64,000 bases of DNA, taken from contig NC_067398.1 in the NCBI RefSeq assembly GCF_016432865.1, positions 717,650,001-717,714,000 on the forward strand. The letters are read 5' to 3'. Source of the DNA: Antechinus flavipes (Eukaryota). Positions 12,301 through 25,700 of the stretch are shown here, one piece after another; the stretch's first letter is position 1, and each line of letters starts with the position of its first letter. The notes under the pieces are model-generated. The model searched no databases. It worked only from the letters and a program-made list of their open reading frames with translations, and was not told where the DNA came from. The position numbers and the translations under genes were made by a program.

Positions 12301-13757
12301 TTGAGCAGTTATTTAAGTTTTAGTCCCCAGGTTGCCTTCCTTCTCTCTCTTCAGATGACTTGCTGCCTTAGGCTGGCTTCATCCATTCCCTGTACCTTGG
12401 AAGAACTTAAAAAGGATTTTTAAAACTTAAAGGAGCTATACCCTATTATTATCCCCTATTCGCCATCTCCCCTCAGCGGCTGAGGAAAACGACTCGGGCC
12501 CCTGCACCTGAGAGTCCTCAAACCTGCTTCCCCCAGAACCCACAGCCTCCAGCCTCCATCTGGAGGTCATTCCCGTGGCCATCCCACCAACTGCTAATCA
12601 TGATAACCAACCTCAGGTGGGTAGGTAGCCAGCCGGGCAGAAGCAGCCGGGTGTCTGGGCCAGAAAGCGTTCCTCCTCATCTCCAGTCTACACACATCTG
12701 CACGGCTATTGCCCCATACCCGAAATGCCCTCCCTCCTCTCTCTTTCCTCAGAAAATCCATCAGGACGAAGCTTAAGCACTTCTTCTGCAGGAAACCTAC
12801 ACTGGTTCCCCTCCCCCACTCCTTCCCTCTCTTCCTCCCTCCCTCTCATTTAACGACTTTGTTTAGACTTGTATTTGACAATACCTTTCCAGTCCTATGA
12901 TCTCTCCCATTGCAGATAACCAAGGAAGGATTGGTTTCTGCAGCCCCTGGCACGGGGCCTGGCACACAGCAGGCACTTAATACATGCCTGTTGACATCCC
13001 TCATCCAGCACCACTTGCCTGGGCCCTGAGAAATTAAATCGCTCCCCCTCCCCACCATGAAATTAGATTACTTAGGATGGAAAGAAATCCAGTGTAGACT
13101 AAGGAATAATTACACACTGTTAGCATATTATAAAATATATTTTTTCTGTAAATGTTCGTGCATTTCTTTCTTGTTCAAGTCAGACTTGGGGGTGGGGAGG
13201 GGGACGGGGGGCTCCGCGGGCTCTGCCTCAGCTGGCGACGACGAACCTAGGGGTGCTTGGAGGCCAGCTCGCCCAGCCCCTCCCTTCCAAGGACGGACAG
13301 CACAGGCCCCTGCCGTGTTGGGGCCGGGGAGCCCCCGGGTCACCCCCATCTCTGGAGGAGGGAAGCGCATGACGTAAGGGAGGGAAAGCTGGTTTTCAGG
13401 TGGAGACACAACCTCACTAATACAGACAAAGTGTGTGATTGTGGGCAGATGGCTGCACCCTCCTGAGCCTCTACTTCCCCATCTGCAGAGTGGGAATGAT
13501 CAGAGCAGCACAGCTAGCTGACAGACCTCCGGAGTGGTTGTGAGGTAGTAGCACATAGTAGGTGCTTAATTAATGTTTACTGAGCATGGATGGGTCACCA
13601 CTAACGATGACGCTCAGTCGCTCACCGCGCGGTCTTTTGGAGTCTCTGCCCCTCTTAAAATGAGAGGTTGGATCAGCCGGCTCCCGGGGTCCCCCTCACA
13701 CTAACATCCTGTGACCTCCAGAACCCTGACCACCTGATGATCAGTGTGTCCTGGTGG

Positions 13758-16700
13758 CTACAGAGAGAGAAGGACGTCGAAGCGGGTGGGGGAAGGGGCC
13801 CCAGGGGCTCTGTCCGTCATGCCCTTTGACCCCCCCGGCTCCCTCAGGGCCCCCCCCAGACACAGCCCCTCCGCTTCTTGGGAATCCCCCGGTGCCATCG
13901 ACAGGAGCACTTGACCTCTCGGCCAGCCCGGGTCCCTCAGCTGAGGAGCCATGCCGTGCTGGGAGAGCAGGGCCCGGGCCCGCGCCCAGGCCCGCCTCAG
14001 CTCCCGAGAGCTGGCTCCGGACTCCACGGCCTCCCCAGCCCCCCCGGCCCGCGGGACCTCCAGGGCCCGGACCACGAGCTCGGCCTCCACCAGCAGCACG
14101 GCCAGGGCCGTGTGAAGCTTGGGGCAGCCCAGGGCCTTCAGCAACAGAGCGCCGGCGTCGCCTGAAACACACGGGAGATGGGGGCGGTGACGGGAAGGCC
14201 GGGGCCCGGCCTCCGCTCTGAGAGGAAGGCGGGGGTCTGGCACGAGTGTGTGGGGGAGGGTGTGTGCACATATGTTGTTACACCCTGATGCCCCCCCACC
14301 TTGTCAGGCTCCTCCTCAGACGTAAGTGTCCCTCACACCCTCCTCCACACACAGGCACATCACATATGCAAACACAGCACACGCGTCTACACAGGTAAAC
14401 AGCATATATGTCTACACAGGCAAGCACAGCACACACTGCACACACATGTACCCCTCCCCCCCACAGACACACAATGCATTCATACACACGTGTACCACAT
14501 GCATAACACCCACATGTGCACGCACACACATACATACATGTGCAACCCATGCCCCTCCCCCCACACGTGTGCACACACATGCTAAATTCATTCCTAAAGA
14601 CCCGAGCTCCTCGGGGCCGGCCCTGCCTGTGTCCCCTGCCCCTAATCCAGGACCTTGTGCAGGACGGTCCCGAACACCTGCTACTCCCACTCAGCCAGGC
14701 CCAGGCTGGGCCCTCCCCCACGGCGAGAACTTTTCTGGCCCCCCTGGGCTGACGCCCTCGCACCCACCTTGACTCCACCAGAGGCAGCAGCGCTGGAGGC
14801 TCCGGAGGACGCCAGGGGCTCGAGCCTCTGCCCACTGCCGGGCCCGGGCCCTCAGAGGCGCCGCATCCCCCGCTCTGTCCAGCAGCCGGAGCAAGAAGGG
14901 GAGCAGGAGCTGGGCGAACACGGCCGGCTCCGCGAAGAAGTTAGCTCCGTCCTCCTCGTAGAGGCTGGGGGTCCTAGGAAGGGGCGGCCGTGTTAGCCCT
15001 GCCCTGCCCCGGCCCTGAGCGTGGCCAGTCCCGCTCACGCGGCGTGGCTGCCGGGGCGCAGGGTCCCATTCTGGGGCGGTCACGGGCCAGGCAGAAGCAA
15101 CGGCTCCCGGCCACATGCGGCTCGGGGTTTTAGCAGGCCTCTCCTTCAGTCAGTAAGTGAGGCTTCCTGAGCTGGCCGGCCCTTGCACAGGGCCCCAGGC
15201 CAGGCTTGCTAGAATCTGCAAACCCTGGCCCAGACCAGCCCCATCCTAGCGGCTGACCCAGGCTAGCCCACTTCTAGCAGTTAACCCAGGCTAGCCCCAT
15301 CCTAGCAGCTGACCCAGGCTAGACCCCTTCTAGCAGCTAACCCAGGCTAGCCCCATCCTAGCAGCTGACCCAGGCTAGCCCACTCTAGTAGTTAACCCAG
15401 GCTAGCCCCATTCTAGCAGCTAACCCAGGCTAGCCCATCCTAGTAGCTGACCCAGACCAGCCCACTTTTAGCAGCTAACCCAGGCTAGCCCATCCTAGTA
15501 GCTGACCCAGACCAGCCCACTTTTAGCAGCTGACCCAGGCTAGACCCCTTCAACAGCTGATCCAGGTTAGCCCACTTTTAGCAGCTGACCCAGGCTAGAC
15601 CCCTTCTAGCAGCTGACCCAGGCTAGACCCCTTCTAGCAGCTGACCCAGACCAACCCACTTTTAGCAGCTGACCCAGGCTAGACCCCTTCAACAGCTGAT
15701 CCAGATTAGCTCACTTTTAGCAGCTAACCCAGGCTACCCCCATCCTAGCAGCTGACACAGGATAGCCCACTTCTAGAGCTCACCAAGGCCAGCCCACTTC
15801 TAGCAGCTAACTCAGGTTAGCCCCACCCTAGCAGCTGACTCAGGCTAGTCCCCTTCTAACAGCTGACCCAGACCAGCTCACTTTTAGCAGCTGACCCAGG
15901 ATAGCCCACTTCTAGAGCTGACTAAGGCCAGCCCACTTCTAGCAACTGTCCCAGGCTAGCCCCATCCTAGCAGCTGACCCAGACCAGCTCACTTTTAGCA
16001 GTTGACCCAGGTCAGCCCCCTTCAACAGCTGACTCAGGTTAGCCCCATCCTAGTAGCTGACCCAAGGCTAGCCCCATCCTAGCAGCTGATCCAGGATAGC
16101 CCACTTTTAGCAGCTGACCCAGGATAGCCCACTTTTAGCAGCTGACCCAGGATAGCCCACTTCTAAAGCTGACCCAGGCTAGTCCCCTTCTAGCACCTGA
16201 CCTAGGCCAGCCCTCTTCTAGCAGCTTACCCAGGCTAGNNNNNNNNNNNNNNNNNNNNNNNNNNNNNNNNNNNNNNNNNNNNNNNNNNNNNNNNNNNNNN
16301 NNNNNNNNNNNNNNNNNNNNNNNNNNNNNNNNNNNNNNNNNNNNNNNNNNNNNNNNNNNNNNNNNNNNNNNNNNNNNNNNNNNNNNNNNNNNNNNNNNNN
16401 NNNNNNNNNNNNNTGAGGAGGGGTCCTCCTGCCCCCAGCAAATTGATCTGAGGAGCACTGGGATACATAGGGGGAGAGCCTTACCGATTAGCGCCCATCT
16501 CTTCCAGGAGACCCTCCAGATCACACTGGGGAAGATGGAGCATCAGAAGTGGCCAGGTGTCCTCACAGGCCCCAAAGTGTGTCTCAATGGCCTGTAGCAC
16601 CAAGAGCAGCCCCTGGTGGGCCTGCAGTGTTGTGCCAGCCTCCCAGGGCCCGGCTCCCGCCTGCTGGGCCAGCAGACTGGCGAACATGGCTGCTTCCAGT

Positions 16701-19700
16701 CTCACTGCCTGGTCCTCGTCCTGCAGCAGGAAAATGCCAGCGTTCAGAAGCCTGAGGGGAGAGGCACAGTCAGGGAAACCGAGGCACGTTCAGGCCAGGG
16801 GGCGTCAGCCGAGCTATGGAAGAGGAGGGCAGGTGTGACCGAGACACTGCCAAAGGCGCCAGCCTCTCCCCTCGGGCAGCCCATGAGAGCAGCACTTCTC
16901 CCAGCCCCTGGTCTGCACTAGAACTCAAATGGGCCTTCATTATTACAGAGGAAAGGGGACTCCCACATCTGACAAGTGGTGGGGGAACCAGACGGCCCGG
17001 GGTTCCTTCCAGTTCTAGCAATAAGAACCACGGATTTCCATCTTACAGATTAAAAGACTGAGGCCCAGGGAGCGTTCACGATCACACAGCCAGCAAGACG
17101 CAAACCTAGTTCCCGTGACTCCTCGCCCAGCTATCCTGAGTCACCAGGCCCACTGGTGCCCCCCCAATATCCTCACCAGGCCACTGGTGCCCCCCATATC
17201 CTCGCCAGGCCACTGGTACCCCCACCACAACAGCCTCGCCAGCCCATGACCCTGCCACTTCTCCCTTGAGAACCAGTCACATCACCAGTCCTGTGACCCT
17301 CAGAGAGGTCAGGTCTATGGCCTTGGCCGCCCTGCGCTCCCCTCCCCCAAAAGCCCCGCCCTGACCACCCTTTCCCACAAGGAGCCCTCTTCTCCATGAG
17401 AACACAAGGCTCCTTAAAGTCAGCTCTAAACACCTGGAAGAGTAGGGGAAGCTCATGGACGGCCTGGGAAGGCCCTTCAAGGCCCTGGAGTCCCAGCCCC
17501 TCATTTCAGAGAAGAGGCAAGGAGACCCAGAGAGATGAAGCCGAAACGGGACTCGAACCCGGGCCGGGACTCCACCTGGAGCGTTCCTCCCGCTGCCCTA
17601 GGCGACCTTCCCTCCAGCGCACCTGGTTCTTCCTTCTGGGGCCCAGACTAATCCACCTGCTGGGAAACACCTCTCCAGGGTCCCCCAACCCACGCCCCCC
17701 CGGGCTTCCCTGCCAGCCCTGCTCGGGGCCGGGCCCACCGAGTCAGCTTACCGGAGAGCCAGGGCTGCTGGGGAGGGCCCGGAGGCTGCGCAGGCTCCGA
17801 CCACCACCGGGACCCCAGCCAGGCACAGGGACTGCGCTGCCGCCAGTCTCAGCTCCTCACAGGCACGGGGCTCACTCCAGCGCTGGAGAACCAGGCTCCA
17901 GCGGCCCAGGGCAGGAAGGTCCTCGGGCCTGGGGTGGGCACAAAGACAGAAGGGGGGAGGCCGTCACGCCGAGAGCAAAGCCCAGAGACCCCGGCCCGGG
18001 CCACCCCCACCAGCCCCGAGTAGGAAAGCGGAAAGGGCCGAGGGGGAGTTGCGGGGTCTGTGTTCGAGTCCTGACCTGCTGATAAGGAAGGGGGAACAAA
18101 AGGAGGTTACGATGGAAAGGAAAGGTCGTCCTGGACACGGACGGCGTGAGGGTGGAGGGCGTCAGCAGCACGAACAGAGTCCAGCCCAATGGCTGCGGGC
18201 GGCCCCCGGCCCACTTGGACCCTCCATTTCTCCCTCTCTCCAGCAGGGTTGTGAGCCTGCTCCCCGCCATTTACGGGAGCTTAAAGGAGAGAACCTGCTG
18301 CCCCCAAAGCGCCATAGTCTGCGTTGTGTTCTCACTCTTTGCCCATGCCCGTGATTTCCGGGGTGAGGGAACTCCCGTCCGGAACCTCTGGCCCCAGAGA
18401 GAGAGCAGGACCTTAGGGGGGCCGCTTGGACCCGGGGCCATGTGGATTCTCTCTCGACCACAGCCCTCCTGTCCCCGGGCCCCTTCCACCACCCCCTTCC
18501 CCCGAGGGGGCCCCATGGCCAGCCCCGGAGGTCCCGAGGACGGGCAGCGACCTGCCCAAGTGCCCCCGGGGCCCTCCCGTCACTCATCCGGACAGCAATG
18601 GATCCCACCTCAGGCCCCTCTGGACGCCAGGGCTGGCCTCCGTGGCCTCTGCAAAATGGGCATGGGAACAGTGCTCGCCTCCCAAACTGCTGGGGGCCCG
18701 GAGATATGGGAACAGCGCTTTGTAAACTGAAATGCCACAGAAACGCCAGCGAGTCCAGCTGCCGGGTCCAGGGCGGGGTCAGGGGGCGCCCACAAACCCT
18801 TTGTGCATCCTCGGGGCTTGGCAGAATGCATGCAGGAGGTGCTTAATAAAAGTGCCTTTCCTGTGCCAGGGGCCCTCACCCTCTCTCCAAGCTCCCGGAG
18901 ATGGCAGAGACGCTGGGCTCTCCCTGAGTGGGGAGGCCCTCCCCGGCACCTCTGCCCAGAGACCCCGAAGAGGGAGGGTGGCCGCCCTGACCATGGGGGG
19001 TGGCTGCCCTGAGGCTCACAAAACCCATTACAGACAAATGCCCGGGGAGGGGGGCACAGAGAGAGACGTGACTCCCAGTGGCCCAGGCAGCCTTCACACA
19101 CCTTGACTGACCCACCTAATTTATAGGGGGGGCCGAGGGCAGATGGCTGAAGGGGCAAGGACACAGGGTCACAGCCTGGAAGTGACCAAGAGGTCACTTC
19201 ACCCCACATTTACAGATAAGTAAACTGAGGCACAGGAAAGAAAGGTCATCCCGGTTATACGGGGCAGGTGACCCCAAGGTCACTAACTGCCCACCCCCAC
19301 CCCCAGCAGAGCTGAGGAGTATGGGGGAGGGGAGAGGAGACCTTACCCCAATGCCAGGAGCAGGCTGAGGGCGCGCAGTGCCCGGCCCAGGAGGGTGGGG
19401 CTGGTGCCCGCCTTCTCCACCAGTGAGAGCAGCTGGTCCCTGCAGGCTGGGGGCGGGGCAGGTGAGAGTGGGTGGGCACGGGCAGAGGGCGCCTGGTGCA
19501 GGTGCGCCAAGGCCTCCAGGTGCAGCTTCAGGCCTTCCGGGCAGCCCCCGTCCCGCAGCAGCGGCCACAGGGTGTCCTGAGGGAGAAGGCCCCGTCGGAG
19601 GCTGGCCCGCCTCGCTCTGCCCCGCCAGCCCCGGGCCCCCCTCGGGAGCCCCGCCACGGGCTCGGGCCAAGCACGGGCCGGGGCTGCTCCTTCCCTGCCC

Positions 19701-22700
19701 CTCCCCCTCCCCGGGGCTGAGCGGCCCAGACCGGGCAGAAACGTGTTAGGCTGACAGGGGCAGAGAGGCCGGACAGGGGCTCACCAGCAGCAGGGCCCAG
19801 AGGACGCCGGCCACGGGCTCGGGGAGCTCGCCCTCCTCCAGCACCCAGGCCAGGGCGGCCCGATGCACCTCCGGGTCCGCGCCTCGCAGCAGGGAGCCCA
19901 GGGCCCGGGTCCGGGCGGGATCGGCCAGCCTCCCCGCCTCCCTGCAGAGGAAGCGGGCGCACTCCTGGCGCAGCGCGCTGGCGCCCACCTGAGAACCAAG
20001 CCGAGCTGTCAGAGGCACAGCCGCCGGGCCCCGCGGGCAGGGAGCGGTCCCTGGGGCGGGGGGCCCAAGGAGCTGCCTCTGGGGGCCCGTCCCTCCCAGC
20101 CTCAGTCTCCCTCTCTGTAAAGGGGGCATTAACAGCGCTCCCCTTGTTCTGAATCAGGGCCTTCCCTGGCTCCCCTGCCCTCCTCCGCTGCTGCCCCCTG
20201 GTGGGCACTTGGTGGTGGAGCCACCCTGGGCCCTGGATGCCGCCCCCCCTCCCCCCTTCATGGCACCAGGATGTGAATCTGAGTTGGGGCCGCGTACGGG
20301 GCCCCTACCTGTGTGTCCGGCCCAGGAGGGTCCAGCTCCTGGGTCACAGCGGCCTCGACCCGCTCCAGGAAGCCCTGGCTGCAGCCACTGGTCAGCAGGG
20401 AGAGAAGCCGCAGGTAGGCCGCGCGCATCAGCGGGCAGCGCTGGGCGGGCGTGAGCAGCCAGAACATGGCCTCCGCCTTCTGCGCAACAGCCTCCAGACC
20501 GGGGGGGGCCCGGCTGCCGACAGAGAACAGCACGGGCTCAGCCTGTGCCCCCCCCCCCCGGCCCACAGGCCTCTGGTCCCAGACCCCCCCCAGCCTGAAG
20601 TCCAGGCCCCGAAGGGCCTCCCCGGGGGGAGGGGGCGGCTCCCGGGATTGGCTCACCGGGCGCCGTCCTGGGCCACGAGGGCGTGGGCCTGCAGCAGCCG
20701 CCCGTGCAGCGCATTGTGGGGGCCGGGCTCCAGCAGTCCCTGCAGCAGGCGGAGCAGGACGTCCTCCAGTTCCGCCAGAGGCACAAAGGGCACCAGGGCC
20801 CGGGCAGCCATCGCCCGCGTGGCGTAGACCGGGCTCTCTGAGAGACGGAGCAAACACTCCTGGAACCGCGCCGCAGAGCTACGGAGAGACCCCCCGCACG
20901 GTGAGCCCCCGGAGTGGGCCTGGGCCAGAGGGTCGCGCCCCCAGAGAAGGCCAGGCTTGAGTGAGCTCAGGCCCTCCCTGGCTGCCCTTGGTCCGGCTGG
21001 CGCCTGCAGCCCCCTCCCCATCTCCGGTACGCTGGCACAGAAACCAAACATGCGGCAGGGGCCGGGGACCGGGGTCTCCAAGGGGACAAGCGGGAGCCAG
21101 AGAGGGGACCCCGGACGCCCCCTTTTCTCCATCCGGTGGCGGCCGCTGTTCTCTATCGCTTCTCCGGGAGATGTGGGACCTTGTGTTTCCACAGAAACTA
21201 ATGCAAGTAACATATATTGTATCTAGGATATACTGCAACATATCCAACATGTAAAGGACTGCTTGCCATCTGGGGGAGGGGGTGAAGGGAGGGAGGGAGG
21301 GGAAAAATCGGAACAGAAGCGAGTGCAAGAGATAATGTTGTAAAAAATTACCCTGGCCTGGGTTCTGGCAATAAAAAGTTATTATTAAATAAAAATTAAA
21401 AAAAAAAAAAAAGAGACTAATGCAAGTAAGAAACGTTCTGGGAAACCGAGTCTGGTTGGGGACAGATCTGGAGTCCGGACTAAAGCCGAGAGCCCCGAAG
21501 GGCAAGGAAGTGGCTCAGCTGGAGCGTGTGCCCAAGGGCTGGGGGGGCGTTAACCTGCCCCCCAGGAGGAGCTAGGACTCACAGTAGTGATCCCCCCAGC
21601 CCCCCTGCGGGGCCCGGCCTCCCTCCCCCCCACGGGGCCCGGCCTCCCTCCCCCTCCCCCCCCCACGGGGCCCGGCCTCCCTCCCCCCCCCCCCACGGGG
21701 CCCGGCCTCCCTCCCCCTCCCCCCCACGGGGCCCGGCCTCCCTCCCTCCCCCTCCCCCCCCCCGCAGGCCCGCCCCCCCCCCCCCTGCGGGGCCCGGCCT
21801 CCCTCCCTCCCCCTCCCCCCCACGGGGCCCGGCCTCCCTCCCCCTCCCCCCCCAAGCCCCGGCTCCCAGGAGCCCCCGGGCCCAGCACCTGCTCAGGCAC
21901 TCCGTGCCGGGCTGCAGCTTGGCCAGCAGGGTCAGGACGGCGTGGAGGTCGGGCCGGAGGCGGCTCTCCCCCCGGCGTCCCAGGGACGAGAGCAGCGGGG
22001 CCAGGAGAACGGCCTCCAGCGCGGGGAACAGGGTGAAAAAAGCTTGCGGGCTCAGGCCCTTGTGGGCGCCGCTGCCCTCGCGGCTCAGGCTCTGACCCAG
22101 CAGCCGGCCCTCGAGGGCGCCTGGGGAGGCAGAACCGGCCCATAAGCCCCGGCTCAGCCCGAGCCCCGGCCCCCGCGAGGGGGAGAAGTGGCCGCAGAGC
22201 CCCCCACTCACCGAAGAGCTGGCTGCCGGCGTTCCTCATGGCCCAGCACGGGGAGCCCAGAGCCCCCAGACACAGCGCGAGCAGCGGGCCGGCCCAGGCG
22301 AGCATCGGGGCCCCCAGGCCGGCCCCCCGCACCAGGGCTTGGAGCACGTGCAGAGCGGAGACCTGCCGGAGAGCGGGCGGCCCATCACCACTGGGGCTCC
22401 TGACCCACCGCCCGCGTCCCAGACCCCGGGGCCCCTCGCAGGGAGGGGAGCTAAGGGTCCGCGACCCACGGCCTCCAATGGGGACGGACCAGCCCCCGCC
22501 ACGCTCAGAGCAAGGGCTTCACACGCTGATGATGAAACGGGGTGGGGGGAGGGGCCTGAGAATGGGGGGTGGGAGGGGCCTGAGAATGGGGGGATGGGAG
22601 GCGCCTGAGAATGGGGGGTGGGAGGGGCCTGAGAATGGGGGGATGGGAGGGGCCTGAGAATGGGGGGTGGGAGGGGCCTGAGAATGGGGGGTGGGAGGGG

Positions 22701-25700
22701 CCTGAGAATGGGGGGTGGGAGGGGCCTGAGAATGGGGGGTGGGAGGGGCCTGAGAAGCGAGGTCCCGCTCACAGAAGGGCCTTGTGGGGGGCGGCGGCCG
22801 GGGCGTGCCCAGCTCTGCCTGTGGCTGAGGAGCCCCGACAGCCAACAGGAGCGACCCCCGGGGAGTCGAGGCCGGGCCCAGCCAGAGGAACAAACGCGGC
22901 CGCCCGGAGCTCCTACGTGGGGTCCTGTCAGGCTGAGGGAAGGGTCCTCCCCGGGGACCCTCATCCGACTCTAGCCCCCGGACCTCTGCAGGGCCCTCCC
23001 AGGCCGGGGAAGGAGGCTCCCGGGCTCCCTCCTCACCTGCGGCAGGTCCAGAGTCTGGTCCCAGACCTGAGGCAGGGGCCTCTGGGCCAGGTCCAGCAGC
23101 GTCCCCACACAGCGGGTCAGCAGGGGCCGGGCGCCCGTCGGCGGCTCGCCCGCCACGATGCACTGGATGAAGAGGGGGAATCCCGCCGCCCGGCGCGTCA
23201 CGGAGCTGTTCCGGGGACCCCTCAGCAACTCCAGGCCCTGGGAGCAGACCAGTGTGGGCGGGGCTGGGCCCGCCCCCTCCCTCTGCCCCAAGCCCCCCGA
23301 GAAGCTGAGCCCGAGCCGGGGTGTCCTCTGCCCTACCCCCCCCCGGGGGCAGCTACCTGGGCCAGCAGCTTCTGGGGCAGCTCCTGCAGCTCGGGGGCGG
23401 CCTGGCCCAGCAAGGCTCTGCAGGCCGACGTGAGGCCCGAGGCGCAGCCCTCCAGGGCTCCCTGGTGGAAGGAGGAAGGGGGGGGGGGGTGAGAAGGTGG
23501 GGGGAGGGGGAGAGAGAGGAGTGGGGAAGGGGGGAGGGGAGTGTGGATGGTGGGGGAGAGGGGATGGGGGGCGCTGAGCCTTGGGCCCGGCTGTACAAGC
23601 ACGGAGGGGACACGGGGAGGCCACGGGGTGCCTGAGCCCCCCCAGCCCTCCTTCCTGGAGGGCCCCGCCCCGGCCGGTCACTCACCCAGTGCCGGCACCT
23701 GAGCAGCAGCCCCTGCAGGGTGGCCACGATGGTCCGCAGGCCCTCCAGGGGCACGAGCGGCGGCCCCGAGCCGGCGACCGGCGGGGCCAGCAGGAGGGTC
23801 TTCTCCGCCAGGCCTCCCAGAAGCAGCCCGGTCTCCTAGGCGTGAGCGCGGGGCGTGAGCCAGGCTGCGGACCCCAGGGCCCAGAGCCCTGCTGGGGACC
23901 CGAGAACTTTGCCCCGAAGGGCCTCCCGCCCAGGTCAGGAGGAAAGGCCCAAGCCAGTTCCCCTCCGCAGCCCGGCCTGCCCAGGGGCAGCTCAGAGCAG
24001 GCAGGGCCCACAGGGGCGGAGGGGGTCAGGGGCCTGGTGGGGCAGGGGGCGAAGGGCACACGCAGCAGCCTCCAGCCCCCACCCGGCCCCACAAGGGGGC
24101 AGCCAAGGCCCACGGGCACACTGCCAAGCATGGCGCCCCCAGCCCACTCCCCTTCAGAGCGGCTCCCAACGTGCTCCAGGCCTGACCCCGCCCCTGCAGC
24201 TTCTCTGGGGGTCCTGGTTCCGGGTACTCGGGGATGACTAAGAAGCCCCCCGGCCTTCTCTTCCCCACACTCGACATCCCCAGTTCCTTCGCCCAATCCA
24301 CGCCGGCCCCGGACCCTCCCCCTCGGGCTGCCCTCCCCCCCAATGCTCCCCGTGGGCCCCCCCCCCCCGCCTCAGGGAGGGTCTCCCTCCTTCAGCAGGT
24401 GGGGGGAAGGGCAGCCCTGCCCCCAGCTCAGCGACTCACTCTTACCTTTGCAGAGATCCAGCAACAGGTCAGGATGCGTCCCTGCTCCTCGGACAGCAGG
24501 AGGGGCGGCTCTCCCTCCTCCCCCGCCTCGGGCCCCAGGCCCCCGGCCCGGCTTTGCCACACTGCGGCATTGATGGCCGAGCCCATGGCAGCCAGGGAGG
24601 GTGCAGCAGCTGCCAAGGCAAGGGCGGGGTGAGGGCAGCCGTGGGGGGGGCTGGGAGGGGGTCGTGGGCGGCAGGCCCGGGGGCATCCGGGGGGGCTTCC
24701 CCGAGGGAGGGGCCGATGGGGTCCCAGAGATGCCGTCTCTGCTGCGGGGGCCGGGGCGGGGGCCCACCTGGCTGCAGTTCTTCGGCAGAGCCTTGCAGGA
24801 CGGCCAGGAGGAAGGAGGCGACCTCGGCCAGCGTCGCCACGGCAGCCAGGAGCAGCTCCCGCCAGGAGCCCTGCAGAGGGGCCCGCCGCATGGACGGCTC
24901 TGTGCAGGGGGCCTCCAGCAGGCAGCGGCGCAGGGCACACAGAGGTCCTGGGGGAGGAACACGGCTCGTCAGCTCCTCCGTCCCTCCTGGGCCCGCCCGG
25001 CTCCAGGCCTAGCCTGGTGAGTGCCCCCAACCTCCCCCCCCAGCAGCGGCTGCCTTCGGAGGGGGCGGGGAGTGGGCAGGGCCAAGGCAGCAGGGAGGGG
25101 CAGAGAGGGGGAGGGGAGGGAGGAAGGAGGCTGGAGGGGGCGGCAAGCAGAGGCACAGTGGGGATGATGGGAAGGAAGAGAGAGCATGGGGGGGGGGGGA
25201 GGGAGGATGCCCTGGGGAAGGAAATCAAGGAGACAAGGAGGGAAAGGATCAAGCTGGGGCACAGTCCTGAGAGAGAGAAGCGGGGGGACACCGGGAGGGA
25301 GCACTCAGCCAAACAAGAGGGGGGACGCTGTGAAAAAGAGAACCGGGGCACGTAGTGAGGGACAAAGGGGGACCTAGAGCAAGCCTGGGAAAAGGGAAGG
25401 AGGGCTCGGCCCTTTGTGTGAAGGCACACAAAGGGAAGGGATGGGAGAAGCAGGTGCCCAAGGCCAGGAGGGAGAACAGAGGGCACACACTGGTGAGAAG
25501 TGAGGGCGCCCAAAGTGGGGAGAGAGAAGCGAGAGCGCACCGAGGAGAGAAATGGGGGCGCCCAAAGTGAGGCGAGCCCCAGGGGCTGCAGGGGGATGCA
25601 CGGGGGGACGGGCAGGTTAGAGCTCCCACCGTGGAGCGGCTGGGCACAGGCAGCCTGAAGCAGGTCGTGCCGGGCGGCAGCGAGACGCTCTTGCAGCAGC

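Noticed and set aside
1-13000. GSC2 homeobox exons expected from synteny
   Set aside because: No homeodomain-coding sequence seen in any frame; the gene would lie outside the window.
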